Below are positions 31,554 through 42,246 of a stretch of 64,000 nucleotides of DNA, one piece after another. Under the pieces are notes generated by a model. It worked only from the letters and a program-made list of their open reading frames with translations, searched no databases and had not been told where the DNA came from. Position numbers and translations under genes: made by a program. Within the stretch, counting starts at the first letter, position 1, and each line of letters starts with the position of its first letter. The stretch comes from Candidatus Iainarchaeum sp. (lineage in GTDB: Archaea; Iainarchaeota; Iainarchaeia; Iainarchaeales; JAFCCJ01): assembly GCA_043816965.1 (NCBI GenBank), contig JBDRHK010000015.1, forward strand, positions 1 to 64,000, written 5' to 3'.

Positions 31554-32356
31554 AGGTAATAATAAACCTGAAAAAATCCCTGCAGGAGAATGCCAGCCTC
31601 TATTTTGATGCCGGGAAGAAATCCAAAAGAAAGCTAATTGGTTTGGAAAAGGCCCTGCTTAGTTCTGAGAAAAGGAAAAGTGAGCTGGAAGAGAAGGCAG
31701 CAAGGCTTGGGGATGCAAAGGCAATAATGAAAAGGAAGAAGAATTGGTTTGAAAAATTCCACTGGTGCAATTCAAGCGATGGTTTCCTCATCATTGGGGG
31801 GAGGGATGCAAAGAGCAATGAGATTGTGGTAAAGAGGCATATGGAAAAAGATGACCTTTACTTCCATGCGGAAATCCAGGGAGCCCCTCATGTAATAGTT
31901 AAGGCAGATGGGAAAAAGGTAAGTGAGGCGACAAAAAAAGAGGCCGCAGAATTTGCCGCCGCCTTCTCAAAGGCATGGAGGGAAAAAATACCCGCAATTG
32001 ATGTTTATTCTGTTTCCCCGGAACAGGTCAGCAAAAACGCCCCAAGCGGCGAGGCATTGGGCACAGGGGCATTCATGATTTATGGGGAAAGGGAGTATTT
32101 CAAGAAAACAGCGCTTGCCTTTGCAACTGGCCTAATTGAGGAAGAAGGTTCATTTATCGTAATTTCCGGGCCTGAATCTGCGGTGAAAAAGCAGACAAAA
32201 CACTTTCTAAGGCTTAAACAAGGCCCTTTGGAGAAAGGGGCTGCGGCAAAGAAAATTAAGCAGATTCTTGAGAGGAAGATTGGAGGGAAAAATCCGGTTG
32301 ATTTGGATGAGATTAATTCCATGCTCCCGAATGGCGGAATTGAAATCAGGGAATAG
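31550..32356 (+). CDS. NFACT-R (DUF814) domain protein, RqcH/NEMF C-terminal-like
   Basis: [40 protein letters not shown]. Confidence 0.88.
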   Translation: MKVIINLKKSLQENASLYFDAGKKSKRKLIGLEKALLSSEKRKSELEEKAARLGDAKAIMKRKKNWFEKFHWCNSSDGFLIIGGRDAKSNEIVVKRHMEKDDLYFHAEIQGAPHVIVKADGKKVSEATKKEAAEFAAAFSKAWREKIPAIDVYSVSPEQVSKNAPSGEALGTGAFMIYGEREYFKKTALAFATGLIEEEGSFIVISGPESAVKKQTKHFLRLKQGPLEKGAAAKKIKQILERKIGGKNPVDLDEINSMLPNGGIEIRE

Positions 32357-32399
32357 ATATATAAGTATATTTCGGCTAATTGGATTTAGAGGGAGTTCA

Positions 32400-34757
32400 T
32401 TGATAGATAAATTGAAGGAAATTGTTTTGAGGGTCCAGGACCCTGACCCAAGCCATGTGGGAAGAAATATTATTACCCTAGATAGGCAGTCCAAGGAAAA
32501 ATTAGGGGTTACATCAGGAGACATAGTCGAGCTGGAAGGCTCAAGAAAAACCGCGGCAGTCATCTGGCCTGCAAGGCAGGAGGATGAGGGAAAGGACATT
32601 ATTAGGATGGACAACCTCATAAGGCACAACTCGGGCATAGGTTTGGGGGAAAGAGTAAGGGTAAGGAGGGCGGCTTATACTGATGCAAAAAGGGTTGTTC
32701 TTGCGCCGACACAGGAGGTAAGGATTATTGCCTCAGGATATGACCGGATATTGAAGAAAAATTTTATCGGCAGGCCATTGACAAAAGGGGACAATGTCTG
32801 GATTTCAGTTTTCGGCTCTGGCTTTGTTTATTCTGTTATTGACACAAACCCGCGGGGAATAGTGAAGATTACTGATTTCACCCAATTTGTCCTGAAGCAG
32901 GAACCTGTCAAGGATGATTTGGCTGGAATTCCACGCATTGCTTATGAGGACATTGGCGGATTGGAGGCCCAGGTGCAAAAAGTCAGGGAAATGATAGAGC
33001 TTCCTATGCGCCATCCGGAAATTTTCAATAAGCTGGGCATTGCCCCCCCAAAAGGGGTTTTGCTGCATGGCCCCCCGGGAACCGGAAAAACCCTTTTGGC
33101 AAAAGCGGTTGCAAACGAAACCCAGGCACACTTTATTTCTGTTGCCTCGCCCTCAATAATGAGTAAATTTGTCGGGGAAGCGGAAGAGAGAATAAGGAAA
33201 CATTTTAAGGATGCCGAGAAAAATGCCCCATCAATAATTTTCTTTGATGAGATTGATGCAATTGCCCCAAAAAGGGATGAAGTGGTCGGCGAGGTTGAGA
33301 GAAGGGTTGTTGCCCAGATACTTTCCGCAATGGATGGCATGGAGGCAAGGGGAAATGTGATTGTAATTGCCGCCACAAACAGGCTTAATTCACTGGATGA
33401 GGCTTTGCGAAGGCCAGGAAGGTTTGACAGGGAGATTGAAATAGGGGTGCCTGATGTTACCGGAAGAAAAAAGATTATGCAGATTCACACAAGGGGAATG
33501 CCAATCGCTCCGCCATTGGAAAAGGAAAGCATTGACCATGCCCTTACTAAAATAAAGGAAAATTATGCGTCTGAAACCACTAAAGAATTGCTTAAAAAGC
33601 TTTCAGAAACAAAAACAATGGATGAAAAGAGAAAGTTAATGTCTTCCTTGGATGAAAAATCCAGAAGCGATTTATCAAACCTGCTGGTATCTGTTTTTTT
33701 GGATGATTTGGCAGCCATAACCTATGGTTTTGTCGGGGCTGATTTGGAGGCCCTTGCAAAAGAGGCTGCGATGAAAGCCCTGAGAAGGTATCTTCCGAAA
33801 ATACATCTGGAAGACGAAACAATCCCTCCCGAGGTATTGGAATCCCTTGAGGTAAACAGGAATGATTTCATGAATGCGCTTAAGGAGGTTCAGCCCTCGG
33901 CCCTGAGAGAGGTCGCAATAGAAATCCCCAATGTCAGGTGGAAGGATATAGGTGGGTTGAAAGAGGTTAAGCAGGAACTGCAACAGGCGGTTGAATGGCC
34001 GCTGAAGAAACCTGAAGCTTTCAAAAAATTAGGGATATCCCCGCCGAGGGGGGTTTTGCTTTACGGGCCGCCAGGATGCGGAAAAACAATTCTCGCGAAA
34101 GCGGTCGCAACAGAGAGTGAGGCAAATTTCATTTCAATCAAGGGCCCGCAGCTGATTTCAATGTGGGTCGGCGAGAGCGAAAAAGGAATCCGGAAGGTCT
34201 TCCATCGCGCAAGGCAGGTTTCCCCGTCAATAATTTTCTTTGATGAGATTGATTCCATAGCCTCAAGGAGGGGAGGCAATCATGACGCAGGAACAGGGGA
34301 AAGGGTTGTTAACCAGCTGCTTACTGAATTGGACGGAATTGAAAACCTCAAAGATGTTGTTTTCATAGCCGCCACAAACAGGCCTGATTTGCTTGACCCT
34401 GGCCTGATTAGGCCTGGGAGGATTGATAAAGTTATAAGGGTCACCGCACCCGACAAGGAGACTAGGCTTGCGATTCTTAAGGTGCATACAAAAGATGTCC
34501 CCTTGGCCAAGGACATATCCCTTGAGGAATTGGCAGATAAGACTGAAGGCTATAGCGGAGCCGATTTGGAAGGCGTGATAAAAGAGGCTGCGCTAATAGC
34601 GCTGCAGGAATCCAATTTCAAGGCAATTGTGGTCGATAAAAAGCATATTGATGCCGCCCTTCTTAAAATAGTTCCAAGCATCAGCCAGGAAACAGCAGAC
34701 GCATATGCTGCTTTCAGGACCCAGATGGCGGAATTCAAGCCAAGTTATGCCAGATAG
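32400..34757 (+). CDS. cdc48: CDC48/VAT AAA+ ATPase
   Basis: Two AAA modules ([16 protein letters not shown]), RRPGRFDRE; probable TTG start at 32400. Confidence 0.96.
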   Translation: MIDKLKEIVLRVQDPDPSHVGRNIITLDRQSKEKLGVTSGDIVELEGSRKTAAVIWPARQEDEGKDIIRMDNLIRHNSGIGLGERVRVRRAAYTDAKRVVLAPTQEVRIIASGYDRILKKNFIGRPLTKGDNVWISVFGSGFVYSVIDTNPRGIVKITDFTQFVLKQEPVKDDLAGIPRIAYEDIGGLEAQVQKVREMIELPMRHPEIFNKLGIAPPKGVLLHGPPGTGKTLLAKAVANETQAHFISVASPSIMSKFVGEAEERIRKHFKDAEKNAPSIIFFDEIDAIAPKRDEVVGEVERRVVAQILSAMDGMEARGNVIVIAATNRLNSLDEALRRPGRFDREIEIGVPDVTGRKKIMQIHTRGMPIAPPLEKESIDHALTKIKENYASETTKELLKKLSETKTMDEKRKLMSSLDEKSRSDLSNLLVSVFLDDLAAITYGFVGADLEALAKEAAMKALRRYLPKIHLEDETIPPEVLESLEVNRNDFMNALKEVQPSALREVAIEIPNVRWKDIGGLKEVKQELQQAVEWPLKKPEAFKKLGISPPRGVLLYGPPGCGKTILAKAVATESEANFISIKGPQLISMWVGESEKGIRKVFHRARQVSPSIIFFDEIDSIASRRGGNHDAGTGERVVNQLLTELDGIENLKDVVFIAATNRPDLLDPGLIRPGRIDKVIRVTAPDKETRLAILKVHTKDVPLAKDISLEELADKTEGYSGADLEGVIKEAALIALQESNFKAIVVDKKHIDAALLKIVPSISQETADAYAAFRTQMAEFKPSYAR

Positions 34758-34763
34758 GCTGTT

Positions 34764-35384
34764 TCAGAATATTGGCTGCAGGATTAAAAAATAAATCCAC
34801 GGGGCAAACACACCTATTGCGGCAATCGCCATTGCCACCCCCCAAACAGGAATGCTCCATGTAAAAACCTTGGAGCCATCCAAAGGCCCAATAGGGAGAA
34901 GATTGAACAGGGCGAGGAAGAAATTTATCATTGCCGAATAAGAGAAAATGTCTGACACCAAATCCGTCGGCTTAAACACGGCAAGCAGGATAAGGAACAT
35001 GAATGCCACAACAATATTTGTGGCAGCACCGGCAACAGAAATTAGCCCATTTTGCTCCCTTGTTATATGGCTGCCAGATATGTAAACTGCGCCAGGTGCG
35101 GCAAACAAAAACCTTCCAAAAGTTATCAGCGGAAGGAGTATTGTGAAAAGCAATCCTGTTGTCCATGCCCTGTATTCTGCGTTAAGCCCATAATATTTGG
35201 CAACCTGCCTGTGCGCAAGCTCATGCAAAATAAAGCCAGTTCCAACCCCGACCAGTGCGATGGGAAGTTTTTCCCCAAAATCACCAAAATTCAGAAATTC
35301 CGACAGCACCCATGCAAACCCAAGGCTGATGGTTAACCATGAAATGATTAAATCGTTTCTTTCCCTGGATTCCAAAACAACCAC
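34764..35384 (-). CDS. Site-2 protease (M50)
   Basis: HELAH and FNLLP..PLDG. Confidence 0.9.
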   Translation of the reverse strand: MVVLESRERNDLIISWLTISLGFAWVLSEFLNFGDFGEKLPIALVGVGTGFILHELAHRQVAKYYGLNAEYRAWTTGLLFTILLPLITFGRFLFAAPGAVYISGSHITREQNGLISVAGAATNIVVAFMFLILLAVFKPTDLVSDIFSYSAMINFFLALFNLLPIGPLDGSKVFTWSIPVWGVAMAIAAIGVFAPWIYFLILQPIF

Positions 35385-35480
35385 CTAAAAGCAGTAATTA
35401 TTTGTTATCGGCATCACTTAAATAAGCTTTAGGTCTGTTTATCGCCCCTTTTTGCGTACTAATTTCTTTAAATATAAATA

Positions 35481-35503
35481 TCGTCAATCAACGTAATATT
35501 TAA
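35481..35503 (+). promoter_or_regulatory. Palindromic candidate operator plus TATA, copy 2
   Basis: TCGTCAATCAACGTAATATTTAA upstream of ATG 35529. Confidence 0.65.
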
Positions 35504-35528
35504 GTTATTTTCCCAGCACCATTATTGC

Positions 35529-36101
35529 ATGAATCCCCGAGGAATTTTCTCCTTCATATTGGTTTTGCTCTTCATCCAGCTAATTGTTGTTTCTGCAGGA
35601 ATCAATTCCTCAACCAGCAGGGAAATTGGGGAAGCCATAAACACCCTCATTGAACTTGAAAACTCCTCCCTGAAAAGGGCCGAGCTGGAGCAGAATCTGG
35701 ATTTCCTGATAAAAAAGGCTGTTGAGAGGGAGGTTTTCTTTGGAAATTCCGAGCCTGAGTTGATTGAGCAGAAACTAAACCATGAAATTGATTCCTTTGT
35801 TTCCCAAACTGAAAGCATTTACGGTGCAAGCCCGAAAATGGAATTCAATTTAGTTCAGGATTTCCAAAGATTGAAAATTCCCCAAAAAAAGGCCCGCAGG
35901 AAACTGGGAAAAGGGGAGCTGCACAACTACTTCAATGTAATGGTTCTGAACCTTGAGGAAAATATTTTCATCGTGGAATTTGATTATTCCGGGGGCCTGA
36001 TGAAAGACCATCGCTTCTTTGCGGTAATTTCCTCTCCAAAAACCGAGCAGTTGTTTGAGATTCCGGCAGGATACACGCAAATCATTACGGTGGTTAGATG
36101 A
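35529..36101 (+). CDS. Pilin-like protein
   Basis: MNPRG|IFSF plus hydrophobic stretch. Confidence 0.55.
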   Translation: MNPRGIFSFILVLLFIQLIVVSAGINSSTSREIGEAINTLIELENSSLKRAELEQNLDFLIKKAVEREVFFGNSEPELIEQKLNHEIDSFVSQTESIYGASPKMEFNLVQDFQRLKIPQKKARRKLGKGELHNYFNVMVLNLEENIFIVEFDYSGGLMKDHRFFAVISSPKTEQLFEIPAGYTQIITVVR

Positions 36102-36439
36102 TAAGTATTGAGGCGATGATTTGCTTCCTTGTGTTTGTAATACTTCTCGGAATTATTGCCGCAGGAATTGGGGAACAGATTCAATTGTTTGATTTTTCAT
36201 CAGGCGCATTCATTGCAAGAAATGAATCAGAAAAATGCGCGGTTCTTGTTGATGCCCTCTATTCGAATGGAGGGGGGACACTGAATGAAAACAAATTTGG
36301 CTGCTTTATTTCGGAAAACGGGATTTCCTCAAAGTTTGGGGATTGGGAAAAGGCATCCCTCACTGTAAGCAATTCTGCAGTGCAGGTTGAGGGGGATTTA
36401 AGCATGATTGAGGTTAATGGGGATGGCCATTATAGGTGA
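36098..36439 (+). CDS. Pilin-like protein
   Basis: MISIEA plus hydrophobic helix; coupled to neighbours. Confidence 0.5.
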   Translation: MISIEAMICFLVFVILLGIIAAGIGEQIQLFDFSSGAFIARNESEKCAVLVDALYSNGGGTLNENKFGCFISENGISSKFGDWEKASLTVSNSAVQVEGDLSMIEVNGDGHYR

Positions 36440-36908
36440 GAGGGGCCTTATATTCAGCCTGGATTTGGCTGTGGCGGTGATGGTTATGTTTGCGATTGCC
36501 TTTCTCATACTCCTGCATTCAGCCTCACTAATCGAAAATAACGCTTCCCTCCAAAACAGGCTCTCTTTGGAAAGAAAGGCAATCTATCTTGCGGATTCCC
36601 TTGTAAAAAACCGGAGTCCTGAAAATCCGCTTTTAGGGTCGGCCAGTTACAATCCTCTCCTGAAAAGGGTGGAAACAAACAAAATTGATTATTCACTACT
36701 CAAATCAATTTCAGATAAAAATTTTGGCCTTAATGGAATTTCAATTTCACTTTTGGAAATCGAATACAAAAACAGGGAAAAGGAAAAAATAATTGAAAAC
36801 CCCCTTTCTGGCGAATGCATCTCAGTTGAAAGATTTGTCCTGATGCAAAAAATCTTGCCTGAAAAGGCATTGTTAAGGCTGGTGGTGTGTGATGCATCTC
36901 TCAACTGA
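36408..36908 (+). CDS. Minor pilin-like protein
   Basis: ERG|LIFSLD plus hydrophobic stretch; similar start to 3822-4463. Confidence 0.65.
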   Translation: MRLMGMAIIGERGLIFSLDLAVAVMVMFAIAFLILLHSASLIENNASLQNRLSLERKAIYLADSLVKNRSPENPLLGSASYNPLLKRVETNKIDYSLLKSISDKNFGLNGISISLLEIEYKNREKEKIIENPLSGECISVERFVLMQKILPEKALLRLVVCDASLN

Positions 36909-37233
36909 GGCCCTATTTTCCCTCTTTCTGCTTTGCTCAGTCCTGCTGCTCCCAGCCTCCTTTTCCAGCCCATCCTATTCCGAGGTGCTGCTTGTGCAGA
37001 AGGGGAATGACCTATTGGCGGTATGGATGATGCAGCGCTCATTTTCGCAGAGGGAAATCCTTTCTGACATCCAATTGGTTTTTCCCATGCATGCTGTTCT
37101 TGTTGAAATTGACGGAAGTGAATACTGGCACAATAAAAGAAATTTTGCGGGAATGGACGCAACGTCCTCATCAATATTTTTTCTTGATGATTCCCTCCAG
37201 CTGAAAGAATTAAGGCTCACCATTTACCACTGA
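36889..37233 (+). CDS. Pilin-like/hypothetical membrane-anchored protein
   Basis: MHLSTEA plus hydrophobic helix. Confidence 0.45.
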   Translation: MMHLSTEALFSLFLLCSVLLLPASFSSPSYSEVLLVQKGNDLLAVWMMQRSFSQREILSDIQLVFPMHAVLVEIDGSEYWHNKRNFAGMDATSSSIFFLDDSLQLKELRLTIYH

Positions 37234-37623
37234 AACTTTCCCGGAATTTTTTTCCAGTTTCAGCCTGATTTCATTTTCGGCCCTGAAAGGTAAAAGGGAA
37301 AAATTTGCATTCACTTCCCTCTCGAGTTTCTTCCCTCTCCCAAGTTCTGAACTTTCAACTATCAGGATTAATTTCATGTTCTCGTTTTTGAGTTCCCATT
37401 GATTTATCACGTTAGAGGAAATTTGGAGGGAACTTCCATCACCAAGGACATTCATCCTCTCTATCCCCAATTTTAAATCATCAATAAAGTGCTCGGCATT
37501 CCTCACATCCAGGCCAAACTTGGCGGCCTGGACAGTATTGTTTATCGCAGGAACAAGGAAAAGCAGGCAGGAAAAGAATGCGGCCAGAAGTATGATATAT
37601 TCCAGGCTTAGTTGTCCGCGCAT
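37210..37623 (-). CDS. Pilin (class III signal peptide)
   Basis: MRG|QLSLEYII. Confidence 0.8.
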   Translation of the reverse strand: MRGQLSLEYIILLAAFFSCLLFLVPAINNTVQAAKFGLDVRNAEHFIDDLKLGIERMNVLGDGSSLQISSNVINQWELKNENMKLILIVESSELGRGKKLEREVNANFSLLPFRAENEIRLKLEKNSGKVSVVNGEP

Positions 37624-37794
37624 TCAGATATCCTCAATCTGCTCGAATATTTCGCTTGTTTTGTTGTCGATTACCTTTGCCCCCTCCTCGGTTGTTTTCT
37701 GGAGCTGGCTTACGAGAAGCAAAACTATCGCAACAACCGCGGCAAGGACAATAATCATTTCCACAGAAATCTGCGCTTTTTCCTCATAAAACAT
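37624..37794 (-). CDS. Small pilin, 56 aa (not in ORF track)
   Basis: MFYEEKA|QISVEMIIVLAAVVAIVLLLV...EDI*. Confidence 0.8.
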   Translation of the reverse strand: MFYEEKAQISVEMIIVLAAVVAIVLLLVSQLQKTTEEGAKVIDNKTSEIFEQIEDI

Positions 37795-37819
37795 AAGGAA
37801 ATGATGAAGGGAAGTTATT

Positions 37820-37845
37820 TTAAATATTACGTCAATTGACGAATA
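37820..37845 (-). promoter_or_regulatory. Palindromic candidate operator plus TATA, copy 3
   Basis: Minus strand TTCGTCAATTGACGTAATATTTAA upstream of ATG 37794. Confidence 0.7.
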
Positions 37846-37914
37846 TAATCAATTGCCCTTTTTTGCCTAGGGTTTCGGAAGGCATAAATACCAGTTTGGG
37901 CTTATTTGTGAGTT

Positions 37915-38226
37915 ATGGATATTACTTCAGTATGTATTTTTTTCTCAGCTATCGTGAGCATAATTTTTTTGATTAGCGGAATTCTTATTATTATTTTTAG
38001 TAAAAAATGTGCAGATTTTATTGTAAGATTTGAAATAGGATTGCCAGATTTCCTGCCACCTAAAATTATTTATAACACTGTTTTCAATAGTGATGAAAAA
38101 AGTTATGGGTCTTTTAGAAGGATTATTTTTATTTTGCTCGGTCTTTTTTTAATTATTGGTTCCCTTTTGAACTTTTTAGTTTGGAGTTTTTTGTTTTGTG
38201 GGCTATTTCCCCCACTCACTCTGTAA
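37915..38226 (+). CDS. AT-rich hypothetical membrane protein
   Basis: Two TM helices; TATA-like ATAAATA upstream. Confidence 0.55.
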   Translation: MDITSVCIFFSAIVSIIFLISGILIIIFSKKCADFIVRFEIGLPDFLPPKIIYNTVFNSDEKSYGSFRRIIFILLGLFLIIGSLLNFLVWSFLFCGLFPPLTL

Positions 38227-38358
38227 AGGTCTTTTTGCTCAACCCCCCACACCCCGAAAGGGTTGGTGGCTGCCTGAAGATGGATTTTGCACAAAAAGGG
38301 AGCTGGCGCTGCCCAGGGTTTCGGAAGTAATAAATACCGTCACGAACTTAAATTATGC

Positions 38359-39375
38359 ATGGTTAGTAAAAGGAAATTTCTATCTGTGCCATTAGATGCT
38401 TTAAAAAGGGCGAGAGCAAAAACAAGAACTGCTGAAAAATCATCCTCTCCAAATCAACCAAAAAAGAAATTTTCGAGAAGGAAAATGCTTGGTTTATTGG
38501 GAACTGGTGCCGCAGCAGGTACTGGATTTTACCTATCCCGAAAAAAAAGATATTTTGGGGTTTTAAAGTTTTTAGGCAGGGAATGGCCCTATTCAGTAAA
38601 GCTTTTTTTTAGTTCACATGGGGAAAGAAATAATGCACAAAAAATTTTAGAGGAGTTAGATAAATCCAAAAAGAAAGGAAGAAAATATGACCTCGTTTTT
38701 TTGGAGGGCCCCATTAGTGAAGAAATGAAAAAACAATTTATGAATGGTTTTTCAAGAATTCGAAGTAACTATTTAAGTGGAAAATATCGGGATGAAAAGG
38801 GGATTCAATCTGATCTTCAAAAAGAGTATGGTAAACTGGTTCCTTTTCCTGAATTTACCGTTGAATTGTTTGCCGGATGTATAAAAAGAGGAGTATCTAT
38901 TGAGCCTATCGAGGTTTATTCTCCTAACAGGTTTGTAAAATTGACTAGTCATGAATTGTATAAGGATGACTCTCTTCGAAATTATAGAAAAATTCCAAAA
39001 ACTGATATTGAATCAAAAAAGAAAGCTGCAATGGAATACTTAGTTGCCAGAACAAATTATTTAAGATTTAGAAATAAAATGATTGAAATAACTTTAGAAG
39101 ATAAAGTAAAAGAAAGATTTAAATCTTTAAAGGTTAAAGATGGAAGATTAACTGATATGCTTTTTGTTGGAGCAGATCATCAGTCACTTTCAGATACCTT
39201 TGCTAAAAAAAGAAGCTGGGATTTAGATTATGAATTTGAGAGTGTTTTGCCCTCTAGATTTGAGACAGTATTTAAGCAAACCTTGTTAAGAATGGTTGAA
39301 GATCCAAAGTATGTTCCCAGTGAAAGAGATTTGGAAAAAATAATGAACTATCTGGATATGGGACATGACTTGTAA
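38359..39375 (+). CDS. AT-rich hypothetical protein with twin-arginine-like motif
   Basis: FSRRKMLGLLGTGAAAG; probable start MVSKRK. Confidence 0.6.
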   Translation: MVSKRKFLSVPLDALKRARAKTRTAEKSSSPNQPKKKFSRRKMLGLLGTGAAAGTGFYLSRKKRYFGVLKFLGREWPYSVKLFFSSHGERNNAQKILEELDKSKKKGRKYDLVFLEGPISEEMKKQFMNGFSRIRSNYLSGKYRDEKGIQSDLQKEYGKLVPFPEFTVELFAGCIKRGVSIEPIEVYSPNRFVKLTSHELYKDDSLRNYRKIPKTDIESKKKAAMEYLVARTNYLRFRNKMIEITLEDKVKERFKSLKVKDGRLTDMLFVGADHQSLSDTFAKKRSWDLDYEFESVLPSRFETVFKQTLLRMVEDPKYVPSERDLEKIMNYLDMGHDL

Positions 39376-39444
39376 AAAGATATTCAGGTAATTCATCTAA
39401 GTAATCTAATCATATTGCCCCTGGTTCAAACCCCCCACAGCCAG

Positions 39445-40149
39445 TTACCCCTTCCTCTTCCTAATTAAAACCGCCGCGAAAAAGCCCACAATAAGTGCGG
39501 TTGCGACTATTGGGATAAGGAACAAAATTGCCTGCTCAAAAGTAATTATCGGGTCTGTGGGGATATCGGTCCACATTACCTGTTTATCTTCAGGAACCAG
39601 ATTTTCCCCGGCCTTCCCTATCTCATCTTCCCTTTCAGCAGCTGGTTTTGGCTCCTCCCCGCCTGCCACAGTGGTTCCTCCTCCGGAATCGACTAAATCC
39701 TTATCAGCCACAGGTGCCACAATATTGTCCACCCCGCCATCACCGAACATTTGAGGAGGGGCCATTGTTTCAGAGGATGCAAGTGTGCCTGTTGACATAT
39801 AATAAATTCCAAAACTGCTTGCAAACAAAAGCAAAAATCCAACCAATGCAATTGCCGAGATTGAAAGAACTATCAGTATTGTTGTATCGCTCTCATCCCC
39901 CTCAAGAAGGTTCTTCCCCTTCCTTGTGAGCGTATAATACTTCCATTTTCTCCCCTCATCAATCTGCTCAATAATCTCTGACTTAAGGAGAATGTCCAAA
40001 TGCTGCTTAATGCTGGGAGAAGCCATCTCCATTTTAGAGGCAATTTCAGTAAGTGTGTGGTTCCTCTCCTTTAGCAGCTTAATTATTTGCACCCTGGTAT
40101 CAGAACTCAGGGCCTTGAATTCTGTTGATGAAAGTGTCAGTTCAGCCAT
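39445..40149 (-). CDS. ArsR-family HTH regulator with two TM helices
   Basis: FKALSSDTRVQI.KLL, HL..L, RKWKYY.LT.KG. Confidence 0.85.
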   Translation of the reverse strand: MAELTLSSTEFKALSSDTRVQIIKLLKERNHTLTEIASKMEMASPSIKQHLDILLKSEIIEQIDEGRKWKYYTLTRKGKNLLEGDESDTTILIVLSISAIALVGFLLLFASSFGIYYMSTGTLASSETMAPPQMFGDGGVDNIVAPVADKDLVDSGGGTTVAGGEEPKPAAEREDEIGKAGENLVPEDKQVMWTDIPTDPIITFEQAILFLIPIVATALIVGFFAAVLIRKRKG

Positions 40150-40275
40150 GCAAATCACATAGTTAGCTAATTACATAACTATCCTTTTTAAGCTTTAAAT
40201 AGCTTTCATTTTAGTTAGCTAACCGGCTTTCTGAAAGGATTAAATACTCGAATGGAGTAATAAATTAGGGTCAAA

Positions 40276-41109
40276 ATGGTTGATTTGAACACTCTGAATG
40301 TGGAGCAAATAGCTACGGATAGCGTAAACTACATCCAGAACAACTTTATCCCCAGTGTTTTTGCCCTTGACCCGGGTGCGATTGCAATAGTGGGGATTGC
40401 GGCATTAATCCTGATTGCAATTATATTCAAAACAAGCCAGATTCTTTTCACCTTGGTAAAAAAATTATTCCTCCTTATAATTGTCGGCTTCTCCCTTTTC
40501 TTTTTCATTTCAACTTTTGGGGAAAAGCTTCTGGCCGAAGGCTTTAGTGGCCAACTAATAATAGTTGGTGTTGTGGGCATTTCCCTGGGGTTGGTTGCAC
40601 TTGTAATGGCTCTTCTCTCTGCGCACAGGCACACAAAAAGTGCAATTGCCGGAAGCAGGTCTGAGGTGTTTGAGGAAAAAGTGGCGAAAGAAAAGAAGGA
40701 ACCGCTGCAAGAGGGCAAAACAACATTTTCTGCCAGCGGCTTCCTGGACTCAATGCAGAACGACAGGAGCATTCTTGCGGTTTTGAGCTATGTGATTATC
40801 GCCCAGTTTGGCGTTTTCAGTTCAGTTACCCTTGCCGCCCCAAATTCAACAACAGGAATGGTGCTTGCTGCCGTTTTCTTTATCGGGGCATTTATTTTCA
40901 TAAAGAGCTCATACCACAACTATCTCACAGGGGTAAAGCATCTCCTGATTGCTGCGGCATTTGCCCTGGTCCTTTCTGTCGTGCTTGGGCTTTACTGGGC
41001 CGAGATTCCACAGGATATTTTGTTTTCAATAGAATATTTCGCATCGCCCTCGATGATTGCATTTGCAACAAGCATAGCGGTAAGCCTCTTGATGGGAAGC
41101 AAGGAGTGA
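40276..41109 (+). CDS. Hypothetical membrane protein
   Basis: About seven TM helices. Confidence 0.65.
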   Translation: MVDLNTLNVEQIATDSVNYIQNNFIPSVFALDPGAIAIVGIAALILIAIIFKTSQILFTLVKKLFLLIIVGFSLFFFISTFGEKLLAEGFSGQLIIVGVVGISLGLVALVMALLSAHRHTKSAIAGSRSEVFEEKVAKEKKEPLQEGKTTFSASGFLDSMQNDRSILAVLSYVIIAQFGVFSSVTLAAPNSTTGMVLAAVFFIGAFIFIKSSYHNYLTGVKHLLIAAAFALVLSVVLGLYWAEIPQDILFSIEYFASPSMIAFATSIAVSLLMGSKE

Positions 41110-41390
41110 TTCAAATGCCCCTTGATGTTGGATGGCCTGGTGGCAAGAAGAAGGCAAAGAAGCATGAAAACCAGGTTATGGCCGACTCTGGAAAGGAAAA
41201 GATTGAAGAGATTCTTATCAGCTCATTAAAGAAGGAAATTGGCGGGGATAATGTATTTTTCCTAATTAAAATGGAGCCGACAAATGTGGGGTGGCGTGCG
41301 GAAGTGAAAATAAACAACGCCCTGTATGAAATAAAACTCAACAAGTTTGGCGAACTCATGAGCTATAGTGAAATTTCAAAAGCTAAGTGA
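41106..41390 (+). CDS. Hypothetical protein
   Basis: Coupled ORF overlapping upstream stop. Confidence 0.5.
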   Translation: MIQMPLDVGWPGGKKKAKKHENQVMADSGKEKIEEILISSLKKEIGGDNVFFLIKMEPTNVGWRAEVKINNALYEIKLNKFGELMSYSEISKAK

Positions 41391-42210
41391 TCTTTCTCAA
41401 GTATTTCTGCATCTTCAGCGCATCTTCCTCTAAATTGGGGCTTTCACAAATGACCGTTCCTGAAACACCCGATTCCTTCAATGCTTCAATTGCAAGTTTG
41501 TAATTCAGGGTGTTTCCCGCATCATCAAAATTCAAATGCTTCCTCTCACCCTTCTCAGTGAATTTTATTCCCGAACAATGGAAGTGCGCGTCCTTCAGGA
41601 ACTTTTTATCCACAGTGCCCAATGCCTTAATGAAATCTTTCTTCTCTTTAAGGCAGCCAACACCTCTTGCATGGAGATGGGAAAAATCAATCACAGGATA
41701 GACAGAATCAATCTCATTGGAGAGGGTAGCGATTTCCTCCAGCGAACCAAACTGGCTTCCCTTGCCCGTAGTTTCCAGGCCAATTTTGATTTCAATCCCC
41801 TCGTGTTTCAACTGCTCATCAATTTTCATCAATGCCCCCTCCACACTTACATAAGCAATTTCAGATCCCATCCCCAAATAGAAACCAGGGTGTGCAACGA
41901 TGATTTTTGCCCCTGCCGCGGCACCGATCCTCGCGCTGTCAAGAATCCTCTTTTTGCTTGCCTCAAGTTTTGCCCTTTCCTTTGCATTAAGGTTGATGTA
42001 ATAAGGGGCATGTACACTCAGTGAAATATCCTGTTTTTCCGCAACTTTCCTGACCTCTGCAGCAAGTTCCAATCCCATATTTACTCCATAAACAAACTCC
42101 AGCTCCATTGCCCCCAAACCCAGTTCGGCAACCCTTTCAATACCAGAAACAGTATCCTGCTTTTTTGTGGAACATGGGATTCCTGCAGTCCCAAAAAGAA
42201 TTTTCGCCAT
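41383..42210 (-). CDS. nfo: Endonuclease IV-like TIM-barrel protein
   Basis: SVHAPYYINL, HPGFY, ETTGK..QFG, IDFSH, ICESP. Confidence 0.88.
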   Translation of the reverse strand: MAKILFGTAGIPCSTKKQDTVSGIERVAELGLGAMELEFVYGVNMGLELAAEVRKVAEKQDISLSVHAPYYINLNAKERAKLEASKKRILDSARIGAAAGAKIIVAHPGFYLGMGSEIAYVSVEGALMKIDEQLKHEGIEIKIGLETTGKGSQFGSLEEIATLSNEIDSVYPVIDFSHLHARGVGCLKEKKDFIKALGTVDKKFLKDAHFHCSGIKFTEKGERKHLNFDDAGNTLNYKLAIEALKESGVSGTVICESPNLEEDALKMQKYLRKIT

Positions 42211-42246
42211 ATTAGCAATTAAATTGTAAAATTAATAAAAAGGCAA

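Noticed and set aside
33500..33700. About 60-aa insertion in CDC48 D1 domain as a mini-intein
   Set aside because: No Cys/Ser1 or His-Asn junction; helical insertions here occur in other archaeal CDC48 proteins
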